Origin: Trueperaceae bacterium
GTDB lineage: Bacteria; Deinococcota; Deinococci; Deinococcales; Trueperaceae
Reading direction: 5' to 3'
DNA: 64,000 bases
Assembly: GCA_040905465.1 (NCBI GenBank)
Contig: JBBDRK010000017.1
Coordinates: 79,274 to 143,273, forward strand
The stretch's first letter is position 1. Each line of letters opens with the position of its first letter. The notes under the pieces are model-generated. The model was not told where the DNA came from and did not search any database. It worked only from the letters and a program-made list of their open reading frames with translations. Of this stretch, positions 1 through 10,002 are shown piece after piece. Both the position numbers and the translations under genes were made by a program.

Positions 1-162
1 GTCGCAGCTGAGCTCGGATGAGAAGCAGGGAATGATCGGGGCGCCCGCGACGCTGCCGCCGGCCGGGACATGCAATACACCGGAGATTCCCCCTGCGGCA
101 AGGGAGATGCCGAGCAGGGTGAGGCCGGCCAGCAGTGGCAGTTCCTTGCGAAGGCTAAGCAT
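1..162 (-). CDS. N-terminal part of a secreted or membrane protein, running off the window edge
   Basis: ATG at 162-160 with GAAGGAG RBS upstream; reads MLSLRKELPLLAGLTLLGISLAAGG..., signal-peptide-like, open to position 1. Confidence 0.55.
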   Translation of the reverse strand, partial: MLSLRKELPLLAGLTLLGISLAAGGISGVLHVPAGGSVAGAPIIPCFSSELSCD

Positions 163-401
163 CGCTATTCTCCTTCTTGCCGTCGACGTTCCGACCGCCC
201 TGCGATGATTATTCTCCATGGGCATAGGCAGGGTAGTGGAAGAACATTTTGTGGCCTTGCCGTGGAGGCGTGCGAGATAGGGACTAATGAAAGTCGGCGG
301 AGATGAAGGGCGCATCACCTCTGAGATCTGCCTGCGTGAGGAGGTCGATCACGAATCCCCGGTGTGAGGTAGCCTGATCTGATCGTGGAGACGATGGGAG
401 T

Positions 402-1421
402 CTATTGAGAAGAATCGGTAATCGGCTCGGCGGTCGAAGCGCGTTGAACCAGACTGAACGGGACGTGGGCTTTCACAGTGGGGATCGACGGGTTTGAAAT
501 CCTGTTGATAAGTAGTTCGACCGCCTTCGCGCCTATGTCTCCTACGTCTCGTTTCATTACGCTCAGAGGCGGGATAAAACAGTCGGCAAGCGGACTATCA
601 TCGAACGCTATGACCGATAGGTCGCGAGGCACGCTTATCGCATGGCTCCGCCTGATCGCCCCCAGCGCGCCAGGGAGCATGTCGATAGCAGAAACGATTA
701 ATGCGGTGGGGCGCGGGACCATCGCGAGCAGATTGTTTGTCTCAACCATTGCACGCTCGCGGTCGTGCCCACAATATCTTATGTAGGCGGGATCTGCCTT
801 ATGTCCCGCCTTCGCCATAGCGGATTCAAAGCCCGCCAAGCGTACTTCGCCCGTGGGGATTCGATGTCCCCATACGAGAATGGCGATTCTTGAATGGCCC
901 AACTCGATGAGGTGTTGGGTCGCTTCGAAGGCGGCACTCGCGTCGCAGGAGTCGATGCAATCTGCTTTGACCCCCGCAAAGGAGCTGCCTACCAAGACTA
1001 CCGGAGTATCGTCCTCACGCGCCAGGTCGAGGTTGTCGATTCGTTGATCCACCGGAAAGATGATTAGTCCGCTGACACGCCTTTTGAGTAGCGAATCGAT
1101 ATAACGGCGCTCCTTGTCAGGGCCTCTATTGGAGTTGCATACGTAGAGGTCGTATTCTTTCGCCTCGGCAACCGCTTCAGCGGACGAGCATATTTCCGCG
1201 AAGTTGGCCGATAGCATGTCCCTGACCACCAGTCCGATCGAGTTGGAGCGGCCCAGTCTCATGCTCTTGGCCACAGCATTGGTTCGATAGCCGAGGATCG
1301 TCGCTGCATGTAGGACCCGTTCGCGCACATCTGCCCGTATATACGGGTAGTGGTTGATGACTCGGGAAACGGTGGACGTGGACACACCTGCGTATCTGGC
1401 GACGTCTTTCATTGTCACCAT
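402..1421 (-). CDS. LacI family transcriptional regulator
   Basis: N-terminal HTH TMKDVARYAGVSTSTVSRVIN and sugar-binding domain (VPRDLSVIAFDD). Start at 1421 or 1412 with a purine-rich RBS. Confidence 0.95.
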   Translation of the reverse strand: MVTMKDVARYAGVSTSTVSRVINHYPYIRADVRERVLHAATILGYRTNAVAKSMRLGRSNSIGLVVRDMLSANFAEICSSAEAVAEAKEYDLYVCNSNRGPDKERRYIDSLLKRRVSGLIIFPVDQRIDNLDLAREDDTPVVLVGSSFAGVKADCIDSCDASAAFEATQHLIELGHSRIAILVWGHRIPTGEVRLAGFESAMAKAGHKADPAYIRYCGHDRERAMVETNNLLAMVPRPTALIVSAIDMLPGALGAIRRSHAISVPRDLSVIAFDDSPLADCFIPPLSVMKRDVGDIGAKAVELLINRISNPSIPTVKAHVPFSLVQRASTAEPITDSSQ

Positions 1422-1543
1422 CGGACTACCCCTTCTCCCCAAGAGGACGGGGAGTTCCGGGCAGCACCTGTAGATGGACCAGATGGACGTGGCAGCGTCT
1501 GAAGCTCCTTATGGACGACAACGATAACTCCTTGCGGAACTCA

Positions 1544-2404
1544 TCAGTCGATGTCGCGAAGTCGAGGATCGAGCATGTCACGAAGGCCATCGCCGACAGT
1601 CTGGAAGGCAACGACCGTCACGACAATCGCCGCACCGGGAATTAGCATCAGCCAGTCGGCCTGGACGAAGAACGGCTTTCCTTCATTGATCATGTTTCCC
1701 CAAGTGGGCATCTCTGGAGGCACGCCGACGCCAAGGAACGATAGGGATGACTCGGCCAGGATCGTGTATGCAAAGATGAATGTCGCCTGAATAATTATCG
1801 GTGTCAGCAGGCTCGGAAGTATGTGTCGCAGGAGGATTCTAGGTGACGACGCACCGATGGAACGGGCAGCTTCCGTGAACTGCATCCGCGCAACGACCAG
1901 GGCTGACGCCCGCACGACCCGCGCCATGCGCGGCGTATATACGACTGAGAGAGCGATCACGACGTTGAAGAGGGACGGGCCCAGTGCGGCCATCAGTGCG
2001 ATCGCCAGCAGTATCTCCGGGAAGGCCATCGTGGCGTCCATGATCCGCATGATCGGGCCGTCGAGCTTCTCGAAATACCCTGCTACTATGCCAGCAAGCG
2101 TTCCGAGTGACGTGGCGAGCAGGACCACCAATAGGCTCACGAACAGTGACAACCTCGCGCCAAAGAGCATGCGACTCAGAATGTCCCTCCCAAAGCCATC
2201 AGTTCCGAGCAAGTACTCCCAACCGGGCGGCGTGAGCCGATTCATAACGTCGATCCTCGAGGGATCGTGAGGGGCGATCGCCGGACCGAGGATCGCCAGG
2301 GCGACGAGCACGAGGATGACTATGATCGACACCAGTACGAGCTTCCGGCGAAACAGGCGTCTCCGCATCTTCAGCAGGTGAGTGTGAGCGGCCGATGTCA
2401 TCAA
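1544..2404 (-). CDS. Opp/Dpp-type ABC transporter permease (DppC-like)
   Basis: LLGTDGFGRDILSR, EAA loop (FTEAARSIGAS), ESSLSFLGVG..PTWG, GDGLRD. Confidence 0.95.
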   Translation of the reverse strand: MMTSAAHTHLLKMRRRLFRRKLVLVSIIVILVLVALAILGPAIAPHDPSRIDVMNRLTPPGWEYLLGTDGFGRDILSRMLFGARLSLFVSLLVVLLATSLGTLAGIVAGYFEKLDGPIMRIMDATMAFPEILLAIALMAALGPSLFNVVIALSVVYTPRMARVVRASALVVARMQFTEAARSIGASSPRILLRHILPSLLTPIIIQATFIFAYTILAESSLSFLGVGVPPEMPTWGNMINEGKPFFVQADWLMLIPGAAIVVTVVAFQTVGDGLRDMLDPRLRDID

Positions 2405-3342
2405 CGGGCAATCCGTGGATCCACGACTGCGTAGAGCAGATCGACCGCCAGGTTTATCAGGACATATACGCCGGCCACGACTATCAGTGCTCCCTGTATG
2501 GTTGGATAATCGCGCCGAAGGACCGCAGACATTACGAGTTGGCCAATTCCAGGGAGTGCGAATACCGTCTCGATGACCACCACACCGCTAAGGAGTGAGC
2601 CTGCAATGACGCCGACGATCGTGAGGATATTGATCGAGGCGTTTCGCAAAGCGTGCTTCATGAAAACGCTCCATGCCGGGGCCCCCTTTGCCCTCGCGGT
2701 GCGGACGTAGTCCTCACCGAGCACGTCAAGCATGCTGCCCCGCGTCATCCGTGCTATCAAGGCAGAGTTGGGTATGGCCAGTGAGATTGCAGGCAGGATC
2801 AGGTAAGCGGCGCGAGCCAGGATAGACGCGTCCGGCGGCCCATAACCTGCAACGGGTAGCCAGTTTCGCTCGACAGCAAAATACTGCATCAGAACCAGGC
2901 CTAGAAGAAAGCTTGGAATGGCGGCGTTCACCATCGCTCCACCGAGAATCCCCTGATCGACGACACTACCCCTCGAGACGGCAGAAACGATTCCTGCGGG
3001 AATTCCGATGAGGATAGCAAGTACAAGCGCGAATATGGTCAAGAAGATAGTCGGTTGCGCTCGATCGATAAGGAGCCGTAGCACGGGCTGTTCAAAGTAG
3101 AGGGACTTCCCTAGATTTCCCGTTACCACTTCGCGGACCCAGATTCCGAACTGCACGGGCAAGGGCTGGTCCAGACCATGAATTCGCCGTAGCCTCTCGA
3201 TCGCCTCGGGTGAGGCGTCTTCGCCGGCCAGGATCGTAGCCGGATCCCCTGGGATGGTCCGCGTGATCACGAAGATGCCGACTCCAACGAATGCCATGAC
3301 CAAGACCATACTCATGAGCCGTTGTAAGGTATACGTTAGCAT
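2401..3342 (-). CDS. Opp/Dpp-type ABC transporter permease (DppB-like)
   Basis: PGDPA, GLDQPL, EDYVRTARAKG, ETVFALPGIG, RDYPTIQG; overlaps the next gene by 4 nt. Confidence 0.95.
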   Translation of the reverse strand: MLTYTLQRLMSMVLVMAFVGVGIFVITRTIPGDPATILAGEDASPEAIERLRRIHGLDQPLPVQFGIWVREVVTGNLGKSLYFEQPVLRLLIDRAQPTIFLTIFALVLAILIGIPAGIVSAVSRGSVVDQGILGGAMVNAAIPSFLLGLVLMQYFAVERNWLPVAGYGPPDASILARAAYLILPAISLAIPNSALIARMTRGSMLDVLGEDYVRTARAKGAPAWSVFMKHALRNASINILTIVGVIAGSLLSGVVVIETVFALPGIGQLVMSAVLRRDYPTIQGALIVVAGVYVLINLAVDLLYAVVDPRIAR

Positions 3343-3420
3343 CTTGTACGTCCCTTAAACAGCAAACCGGAGGATTTGTAGCTGCTGCCTAAACGCGAGG
3401 CAACAAGGTGACCGACGCAG

Positions 3421-3454
3421 CTTACGGTGCCGGCCAGCAAGCCGGCACCGTAAG
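3421..3454. terminator. Stem-loop downstream of the binding-protein gene (mRNA stabiliser or partial terminator)
   Basis: Perfect 14-bp inverted repeat CTTACGGTGCCGGC-cagcaa-GCCGGCACCGTAAG. Confidence 0.7.
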
Positions 3455-3464
3455 AAGGCGATTC

Positions 3465-5001
3465 CTACTCGATTCCGATATTCCAGAAGTAAGGGATCGG
3501 TAGCTGGATGTGGCTGTCTCCGAGCTCGACGTCGGAAGAAACGCCAGCCAACCCGAACATGTCGCCAATCTTGATTACCGGCACCTGTTCGTACAGCAAC
3601 GCCTGGAGTCGGCTCCACAACTCGGCCCTCTCCTGGGTCGTACGTGCTGCATTCAAGTCGCGGAGGATCTGTTCCTTCTCCTCCGGACTCCACTGACCAT
3701 GGCCGGGCCCCACGAGGAATGAGTACGAAGTGGGCTCGGGATTGAAATTGCCGAATGTCCAGTATGCCTCCCAGGCGCCGGGGTCCGCACGACGTTCGGT
3801 CAGCGTCGCCCACTCGACGACCTGGAGGTCGACATTGAATCCGGCTGCACGAAGGTTCTCCGCCGCGACGATACTCATTCTATAGAGGAACTCGTATTGC
3901 TGGCTGGACAGGATCCGTATGGGCTCACCATCGTATGGCGAACCAGCCAAGATCTCTCTTGCCGCCTCGACATCGAAGGTGTTGTATTGCTCGGTACCGG
4001 CCGTGGAATAGTAGGGGGAGCCCTCCGGGTAGTAGCTGCCATTCAGCTCGTAGAACTCTGGCCCACCGAGGCCCGCCAGGAGCATGCTCTCGTGATCGAA
4101 GGAAGCCTGAACGGCGCGCCGGACCTCCGGGTCGGTAAGCGCACCGGAAGCGACGTTGATGATCATGACCGGGAACGCAAATGGCCGCACGATCATCGGA
4201 GTGACAACGCCGCTGTTTTCGAGCCGTGACAAGGACTCGGTATTCAGAGCATCGGCAAAGTCGTACTCGCCCCCCCAGCAGGCCCGAGATCCGAGTGTTG
4301 GCATCTGCCACGGGTATGAAGCGCAACTCTCCGACCTCCGCGGTGCGTCGGCCACCGTAGCCGCTCGGCTCCTCGGTACGTGGCTGGTAGTCGTCGAAGC
4401 GCTCCATTCGGATGTATCGGTCGGGGCGCCACTCGATAAACTTGAACGGTCCGCTTCCCACGTAGTCGGCGAGGGGCCCCTCGCCCTCTGCTAGCTCGCT
4501 GGGGATTATGATCGCCGCAGCGGTGTTCATCGCCAAGTATGAAGTGAGCGGGGAGTAGGGTTCGCTGAGGACGATCTCAACCGTTTGAGGGTCGGTTGCC
4601 TCGATCGATCCGATGAACGGTGCCGCGCCCTTGCCACGAGTTGCTACCTCAGTCCAGCGCTGGAGGGATGCAACAACATCCGTACTGTCGAGAGTGCTGC
4701 CATCGTGAAAAACGATTCCTTCTCGAATCGGAATGATCAGCTGCAACCCATCCTCGGTGATCTGGGGAAGAGTCTCAGCTATCAGCGGCACAACTTCCCA
4801 GTTCGCATCGAACGTGTACAGGGTTTCGAACATGTGTTGGGTGATCTCGGCCGTGAGCGCAGCTGTGGTCGCACTCGGATCGAGCATGGGCGGTTCGCCG
4901 ATCGTGGCGACGCGCAGAACCGACTGGTCGGTCGAATCCGACTGTCCAACAGATACCGCGGTGGAAAGTACCAAGATGAGCACGAACATCAATCTAAGCA
5001 T
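3465..5001 (-). pseudogene. Family 5 ABC substrate-binding protein split by a +1 frameshift at a G7 run (4270-4276); pseudogene or assembly error
   Basis: ORF 3925-5001 gives the signal peptide and N-half (FETLYTFD, GSGPFKF). ORF 3465-4355 gives the C-half. Removing one G restores ISGLLGGEYDFAD. Confidence 0.85.
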
Positions 5002-5257
5002 CGACTATCCTCCTCGAATTCCTGATTCCTGGCTCCGTTTACGAATCGCTCTCAGTTCCTTCCTCGGGTCTCCTCTTGGGACGTGCACTCGTGGGCTTGG
5101 CGAACGTATGGGACTCTTCGATGTCAGCGGCAAGGCGTCATAGTGGTCCTGGGGGCTGACGATCGGCCTGCGGAGGCAGGCATCGGAGTAGGTCAAGTAC
5201 CGGTCATGACCCCTCCTCTCCTCAATCGCATGAGTCTAGAGAGTCGTCGAAATTGGG

Positions 5258-6430
5258 TCATTCGCTAATTCCGACCTTCGCCAAAGAGAGTGACCGAATC
5301 GCGTTCTCGTCCAGTTGCACACCGAGACCCACGCCGTCTGGAACCTTGAGCTTCCCATCGACGATGGCGGGCGTCTCGGTAATGATGGAGCAGGCCTGCT
5401 GATGTAGCATCGCGTCGATCGCGTGATTCAGTGTCGGCAGAACGGCGGCGAGATGAAGATTAACTGCCGTTCCCACTCCGGCCTCGATGAATGAGTGAAT
5501 ACCCATGTCGATCCCAAACGTCCTGCACACGGCAGCGAGCTCGATGAAACCGAGAACGCCTCCCCAGTGATATACGTCTCCCAAGACTGCGTCTACCGCA
5601 TGCGTGCGAATCCCCAGAGACAATTGCTCGAAGTCGATGATGCACATGTTGGTCGCCAGCGGTATCGGCAGCTCCCTCCGGAGCCTCGCCATGCCGTCCA
5701 TACCGCGAGTAGGATCCTCCAGGTATTCCAGATCGAGCTCTTGTACCTGTAGTCCGAGGCGGATCGATTCGCTGACGGTGAATGCGCCGTTGGGGTCGAG
5801 TCGGAGTTCGACGTCGGGCCCGAACGATGTCCGCAACGCACGCATTACGGAGGCGTCCCAGGCCCAGTCGATTCCGGCACTCTTGATCTTCAATGCCGAG
5901 AATCCGAAGTCGTCCACGATCCCCCGTGCGAAATCGACGATGCGCGGCACGTTTTCCTTGTTTCTCATCACCGACGCCAATTCAGTTTCCGGGACCTTCA
6001 GTGGGTACGCGCTCATCAATCCCGCAACCGGGATTTCATCTCGGTGCTTGCCACCGAGTAGCCGCCACAAAGGTTCCTCACGCGCTTTGCCCGCAAGGTC
6101 CCAACACGCCATATCGATGCCTGCCAGGGCAAGCCACCCGTTCCGCCCGTGATAGTTCCCGTATACATTCGGAATGAAGCGGCGCCAGATCTCCCGGACA
6201 TCGAACGGGTCGTGGCCGACCAGGTTCCGACAGTACTTCTCGACCAATCGGAAGATTTCATCGGTGCCGGTCGTCTCGCCGACTCCTACCAGGCCAACAT
6301 TGGTCTGCAGGCGAATAATCGTGCGCCTGCTACTCGTCTTACCGCCCCGGGATTGCGAGGACACGTAGGGGTTCTTTAGAGGGATGTCGACCAGATCAAG
6401 TTCGGCGCCCGTGATCCGCAGCTGCTTCAC
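5258..6430 (-). CDS. Enolase superfamily enzyme, glucarate-dehydratase-like subgroup
   Basis: GIDMACWDLAGK capping motif, KxK (LKIKS), DPN, YLEDP, TNMC. GTG start at 6430 preferred over the longer ORF. Confidence 0.85.
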   Translation of the reverse strand: MKQLRITGAELDLVDIPLKNPYVSSQSRGGKTSSRRTIIRLQTNVGLVGVGETTGTDEIFRLVEKYCRNLVGHDPFDVREIWRRFIPNVYGNYHGRNGWLALAGIDMACWDLAGKAREEPLWRLLGGKHRDEIPVAGLMSAYPLKVPETELASVMRNKENVPRIVDFARGIVDDFGFSALKIKSAGIDWAWDASVMRALRTSFGPDVELRLDPNGAFTVSESIRLGLQVQELDLEYLEDPTRGMDGMARLRRELPIPLATNMCIIDFEQLSLGIRTHAVDAVLGDVYHWGGVLGFIELAAVCRTFGIDMGIHSFIEAGVGTAVNLHLAAVLPTLNHAIDAMLHQQACSIITETPAIVDGKLKVPDGVGLGVQLDENAIRSLSLAKVGISE

Positions 6431-7031
6431 CGGGCCCCCCAAAGGTTGGGCAGAGCTCCATCCAAGTGCGGTGTAGTTCGATCGAAGGCGTACGAGGACG
6501 ATCCTGCTTTCTGCTGACATTGCTGCCGACTGTCGTAATAGTCCCACTGTGAGTGGATCTCGCTGTCTGCAATCGAAATCATAATGTTCGCCACTCTTCC
6601 GCATGATCATGCATAGGCTTCGGCTAGCTCACTTTCGAAGTTGAAGGACTCGAGGTTCTGGGAGGTGCACTTGCGCGGTGCAATGCGACGATCGCATCGG
6701 CTACCGATCCGACGATTGCCTCCAGCACTCTCGTGCCGAGAGCCGCGGTGGCAAGGAACCCTACCAGGCGTGACCGCCTGACGATTGCGGTAGTGATGGT
6801 GAGTGAGGGACGTTGGCCGCTGCGTTTCGCATTGGTGAGAGAACCGGCTCGAATCGTTCGCTTGGCGCCGACGGAGTGAGCCGTACGGTTCGCGAGATGC
6901 TCTTACCCGTCGACAGTTCAACTGGATCGGTACTAGTCGTAACGGCGAACCCGGTGGTCATTGCGCCTCCCGCCTGAGAATTCTTGCATCCGAATTGCCG
7001 AATGGTAGCCTCTTTTTGAAATCGTTGTCAA

Positions 7032-7252
7032 CCCGATCCCGGGGGCCGGACCGAAGGCGCGGGCGAACTGACCGTGCTTCCGGGGTCGGTGCCGAGCGGC
7101 CGGGATTCGACGCAGGGCTGCTCCTTCGCATCGCGCTGCTCGGAGGCCATGCCCGCCTGCCTGCTAGCCCCCCATGGGCGCCGCTGAGCGCCACTCACGG
7201 CGCCGAATGCCTGCTCTACCCAGCGCGGGCAACGAGCGGTGGCGAGGAATGA
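7032..7252 (+). pseudogene. C-terminal remnant of a DppD-like ABC ATPase (Cys-rich oligo_HPY tail)
   Basis: Reads LPGSVPSGRDSTQGCSFASRCSEAMPAC, then after a shift at the C6 run (7168-7173) PWAPLSATHGAECLLY. Stop overlaps the next ATG (ATGA). No ATPase core upstream. Confidence 0.7.
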
Positions 7253-8216
7253 CCGAGGTTCCGCTGTTGGACATTTCCGGTCTGGCAGTTTCCTATGCAG
7301 GCCGGGGAGGGGCGTTCGGTGGTCGCCGCAAGGTTCCGGTAATCGAGGGACTCGACCTGCAGATCTGGCCGGGCGAAACGCTGGGTGTGGTGGGCGAGCC
7401 GGCAGCGGCAGGTCGACTCTGGCGAACGCCCTGCTGCGGCTCATTCCGCTGACCGCCGGCAGCATACGGTTCGCCGGAGTCGACCTGAACAGTGCAGGGC
7501 GAGAGGGCGTGCCGGGGGCGGCGCGACATGCAGATAGTCTTTCAGAACCCGTTAGCGTCGCTCAACCCAGAATGCGAGTCCTCGACCTGGTCGCCGAACC
7601 GCTGCGCACGCACGATCGGCCGACCAGGCAGGAGCTCAGGCGCCGGGTGCTCGAGCTGTTGGGTGAAGTCGGCCTCGAACAGGTATACCTCGAGAGCTTC
7701 CCTCACCAACTGTCGGGAGGCCAGGCGCAACGTGTCGCGATCGCCAGGGCGTTGGCGCTCAACCCGCGGCTGCTCATCCTCGACGAGCCCACCTCGGCGC
7801 TCGACGTCTCGGTTCAGGCGCAGATAATCAACCTCTTGCGGCGATTGCAGGAACGACACGGGCTCACCTACCTGTTCATCTCTCACGACCTCGCCGTCGT
7901 CAGGCAGGTGAGCGACAGGGTGGCCGTGATGTACCTGGGCGAGATCGTGGAGCTCGGAACCGCGGAAGGCGTCTTCGCGAGCCCGAACCGCCCCTATATC
8001 AAGGCGCTCCTGGCGGCTACGCCACAACCCGATCCGGATGCGGCGCGCGACAGCACCAGACTCGAAGGAGCCATTCCGAGTATCGCAGAGCCGCCGACCG
8101 GTTGCCGTTTCCACCCTCGCTGCCCGCTGGCGATGGAAGTCTGTCGCACCATAGCTCCGCGCCGCAGCGCCCCGGAAGAGGGCGGTTCGGTCTCCTGCCA
8201 CCTCGTCGAACTGTGA
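7249..8216 (+). pseudogene. DppF-like oligopeptide ABC ATPase with several frameshifts
   Basis: MTEVPLLDISGL..GETLGVVGE / GSGRSTL / RDMQIVFQNPLASLNP / LSGGQAQR, LLILDEPTSALD, GCRFHPRC. Frame changes near 7399, 7510 and 7569. Walker A Lys replaced by Arg. Confidence 0.85.
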
Positions 8217-8236
8217 GGCGGAGCCGGAACTGTCCC

Positions 8237-8265
8237 TTGACACCCCCGGTGGAGCCTTATAGAAT
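8237..8265 (+). promoter_or_regulatory. Sigma70-type promoter of the tct-sulfatase operon
   Basis: TTGACA (8237-8242), 17 bp spacer, TAGAAT (8260-8265). Confidence 0.8.
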
Positions 8266-8268
8266 CGC

Positions 8269-8282
8269 TGGTAGCGCTAACA
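8269..8282. promoter_or_regulatory. LacI-type operator
   Basis: TGGTAGCGCTAACA, a near-perfect CG-centred 14-bp palindrome covering the predicted transcription start. Confidence 0.7.
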
Positions 8283-8473
8283 ATATATTTTCCGTATCCG
8301 CCACACGAAGCCGGTCACCACCTTTTCCATATCGTTCCCGAAGGGAGGGCGCCCGCGAATACGAAGGTAAACCATCGTTACGGGCCCACCACAGTGGGAG
8401 ACGCTTCCGACCTTCGACAGCACACCCAGCCAAAGGGCGATGCTTGGATTCGCCCGCAGGAGGTAACCGAACA

Positions 8474-9427
8474 GTGACAATGAAAGCGCAACTGACGAAG
8501 TTCATCTGCCTGATAGTCGCCGGACTCCTCCTCGCCAGCCCGCTTGCGGCTGCACAGCAGTTTCCCAACAAGCCGATCGAGATAATCGTCCCCTGGGCAG
8601 CGGGCGGCAACGCCGATCAGCAGGCCCGAATTCTGGCGAATGTCAGCGAAGGCATTCTGGGAGTGCCGATCTTCGTACGCAATCAGCCGGGCGGCGGCAC
8701 GGTGCCGGGCGTGATGGAAGCCATTAGTGCTCCCGCCGACGGTTACACGCTGATCTGGACCGCTATCCCTTCGGTGGCAACGGTGCCGGCGCTACGCGAG
8801 ACCCCGTTCTCCCGCGAGGACCTGTACCCGCTGGCGAACGTATCCGAGAACACCCTGGTCCTGTACGTGCGTGACGACTCGGAGTGGTACACGCTCGAGC
8901 ACTTTACCGACGCTGCCCAGGGCCGCTCGCTCAACATGGCCGTCAACGCCATCGGAGCGCTTCCCCATCTCGCCGCCGTCGGTCTCGCTCAGGAGGTGGG
9001 CACCAACTTCAATTTCGTCACCGAGGGCTCGTCAGCAGGTGCCGTGGTATCGCTCCTGGGCGGGCATGTCGACGCGGCACTGGCCCACGAGCCACAGGCG
9101 TATTCGCACGGCGAAGGCTTGCGGGCGCTAGCCGTGTTCGAACCCGAGCGGAGCCGCTACCTGCCTCTGGTGCCTACCGCCGAGGAGTACGGCTACGCCG
9201 TGTACGGCTACGTGCGCGACTCGATATCGGTCAACGCCGATGCACCGGACGATGTGAAGCAGACGTTGGCCGAGGCGTTCGCCCAGGCGATGCAAAGCGA
9301 TGAACTTACGAACCAGTTCCTCAGTCGCCGCATCAAAAAGCTCTACCTCTCACCCGAGGACACCTTGTCCCTCTGGGACGAGGCCGGAGAGAGTTACCAG
9401 CAGATAATCGATCAGCTGCAGCAGTAG
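8474..9427 (+). CDS. tctC: Tripartite tricarboxylate transporter substrate-binding protein (Bug/TctC)
   Basis: Signal peptide, then FPNKPIEIIVPWAAGG, NQPGGG, APADGYTL, LLGGHVDA. GGAGG RBS; start 8474 or 8480. Confidence 0.93.
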   Translation: MTMKAQLTKFICLIVAGLLLASPLAAAQQFPNKPIEIIVPWAAGGNADQQARILANVSEGILGVPIFVRNQPGGGTVPGVMEAISAPADGYTLIWTAIPSVATVPALRETPFSREDLYPLANVSENTLVLYVRDDSEWYTLEHFTDAAQGRSLNMAVNAIGALPHLAAVGLAQEVGTNFNFVTEGSSAGAVVSLLGGHVDAALAHEPQAYSHGEGLRALAVFEPERSRYLPLVPTAEEYGYAVYGYVRDSISVNADAPDDVKQTLAEAFAQAMQSDELTNQFLSRRIKKLYLSPEDTLSLWDEAGESYQQIIDQLQQ

Positions 9428-9440
9428 GAGAACCGGCTGG

Positions 9441-9472
9441 GTGGTGTAGGGAGACGGCTTTCCCTGCACCAC
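9441..9472 (+). terminator. Stem-loop after tctC
   Basis: GTGGTGTAGGGA-8 nt-TCCCTGCACCAC, 12-bp stem with one G-U pair. Confidence 0.55.
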
Positions 9473-9501
9473 TCCCCTTGAAACGCAGGTGAGGACCGTT
9501 C

Positions 9502-9966
9502 GTGGACACTGACAAACGAAAAATACTTGGTGTTCGGCTTATCTGTCTCGTATTCATCGCTGTTTGTGCGGTTCTCTATTACCGCACGTTTTCGTTCCCT
9601 CAGCCCATCGGGATCTTCGGTTCGGACTACGGCTCGGCGTTCTTCCCGCGAATCATGCTGGGCATCATCGGTGTCGGCTCTGTCGGCATTCTGTTGCAGA
9701 CGCTCATCACCGGGCGACCGGCCGGCCCGTCGGCCGGTCTCGATCTCGGATTGCCTCAGGTCATCAAGGTACTCGCGGTCTGGCTCACCGGCCTCGCGTT
9801 CTTCTGGGCCTGGAAAAACTTCGAGTTCCTCTATGTGTCCGCTGCCTTCATGATCGTAGTTTCGTTGCTGCTCGGCGTGCGGCGGATCGTCAGCCTGATC
9901 CTGCTTGGCGCGGTAGGTCCCCTCATCTACTTCGTGTTCCAACAGGTCCTGAGGGTGAGCCTCTAA
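9502..9966 (+). CDS. tctB: TTT small permease TctB
   Basis: Small hydrophobic protein with GSAFFPR and a C-terminal F..L.V.L, between tctC and tctA. Confidence 0.85.
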   Translation: MDTDKRKILGVRLICLVFIAVCAVLYYRTFSFPQPIGIFGSDYGSAFFPRIMLGIIGVGSVGILLQTLITGRPAGPSAGLDLGLPQVIKVLAVWLTGLAFFWAWKNFEFLYVSAAFMIVVSLLLGVRRIVSLILLGAVGPLIYFVFQQVLRVSL

Positions 9967-10002
9967 ACGTGATTACACGACTCGTATCGAAGAGGCTATC
10001 CG

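Noticed and set aside
6431-7031. Short ORFs and the 60-codon N-terminal extension of the enolase ORF
   Set aside because: No recognisable protein similarity, promoter or RNA motif; treated as non-coding or degraded.
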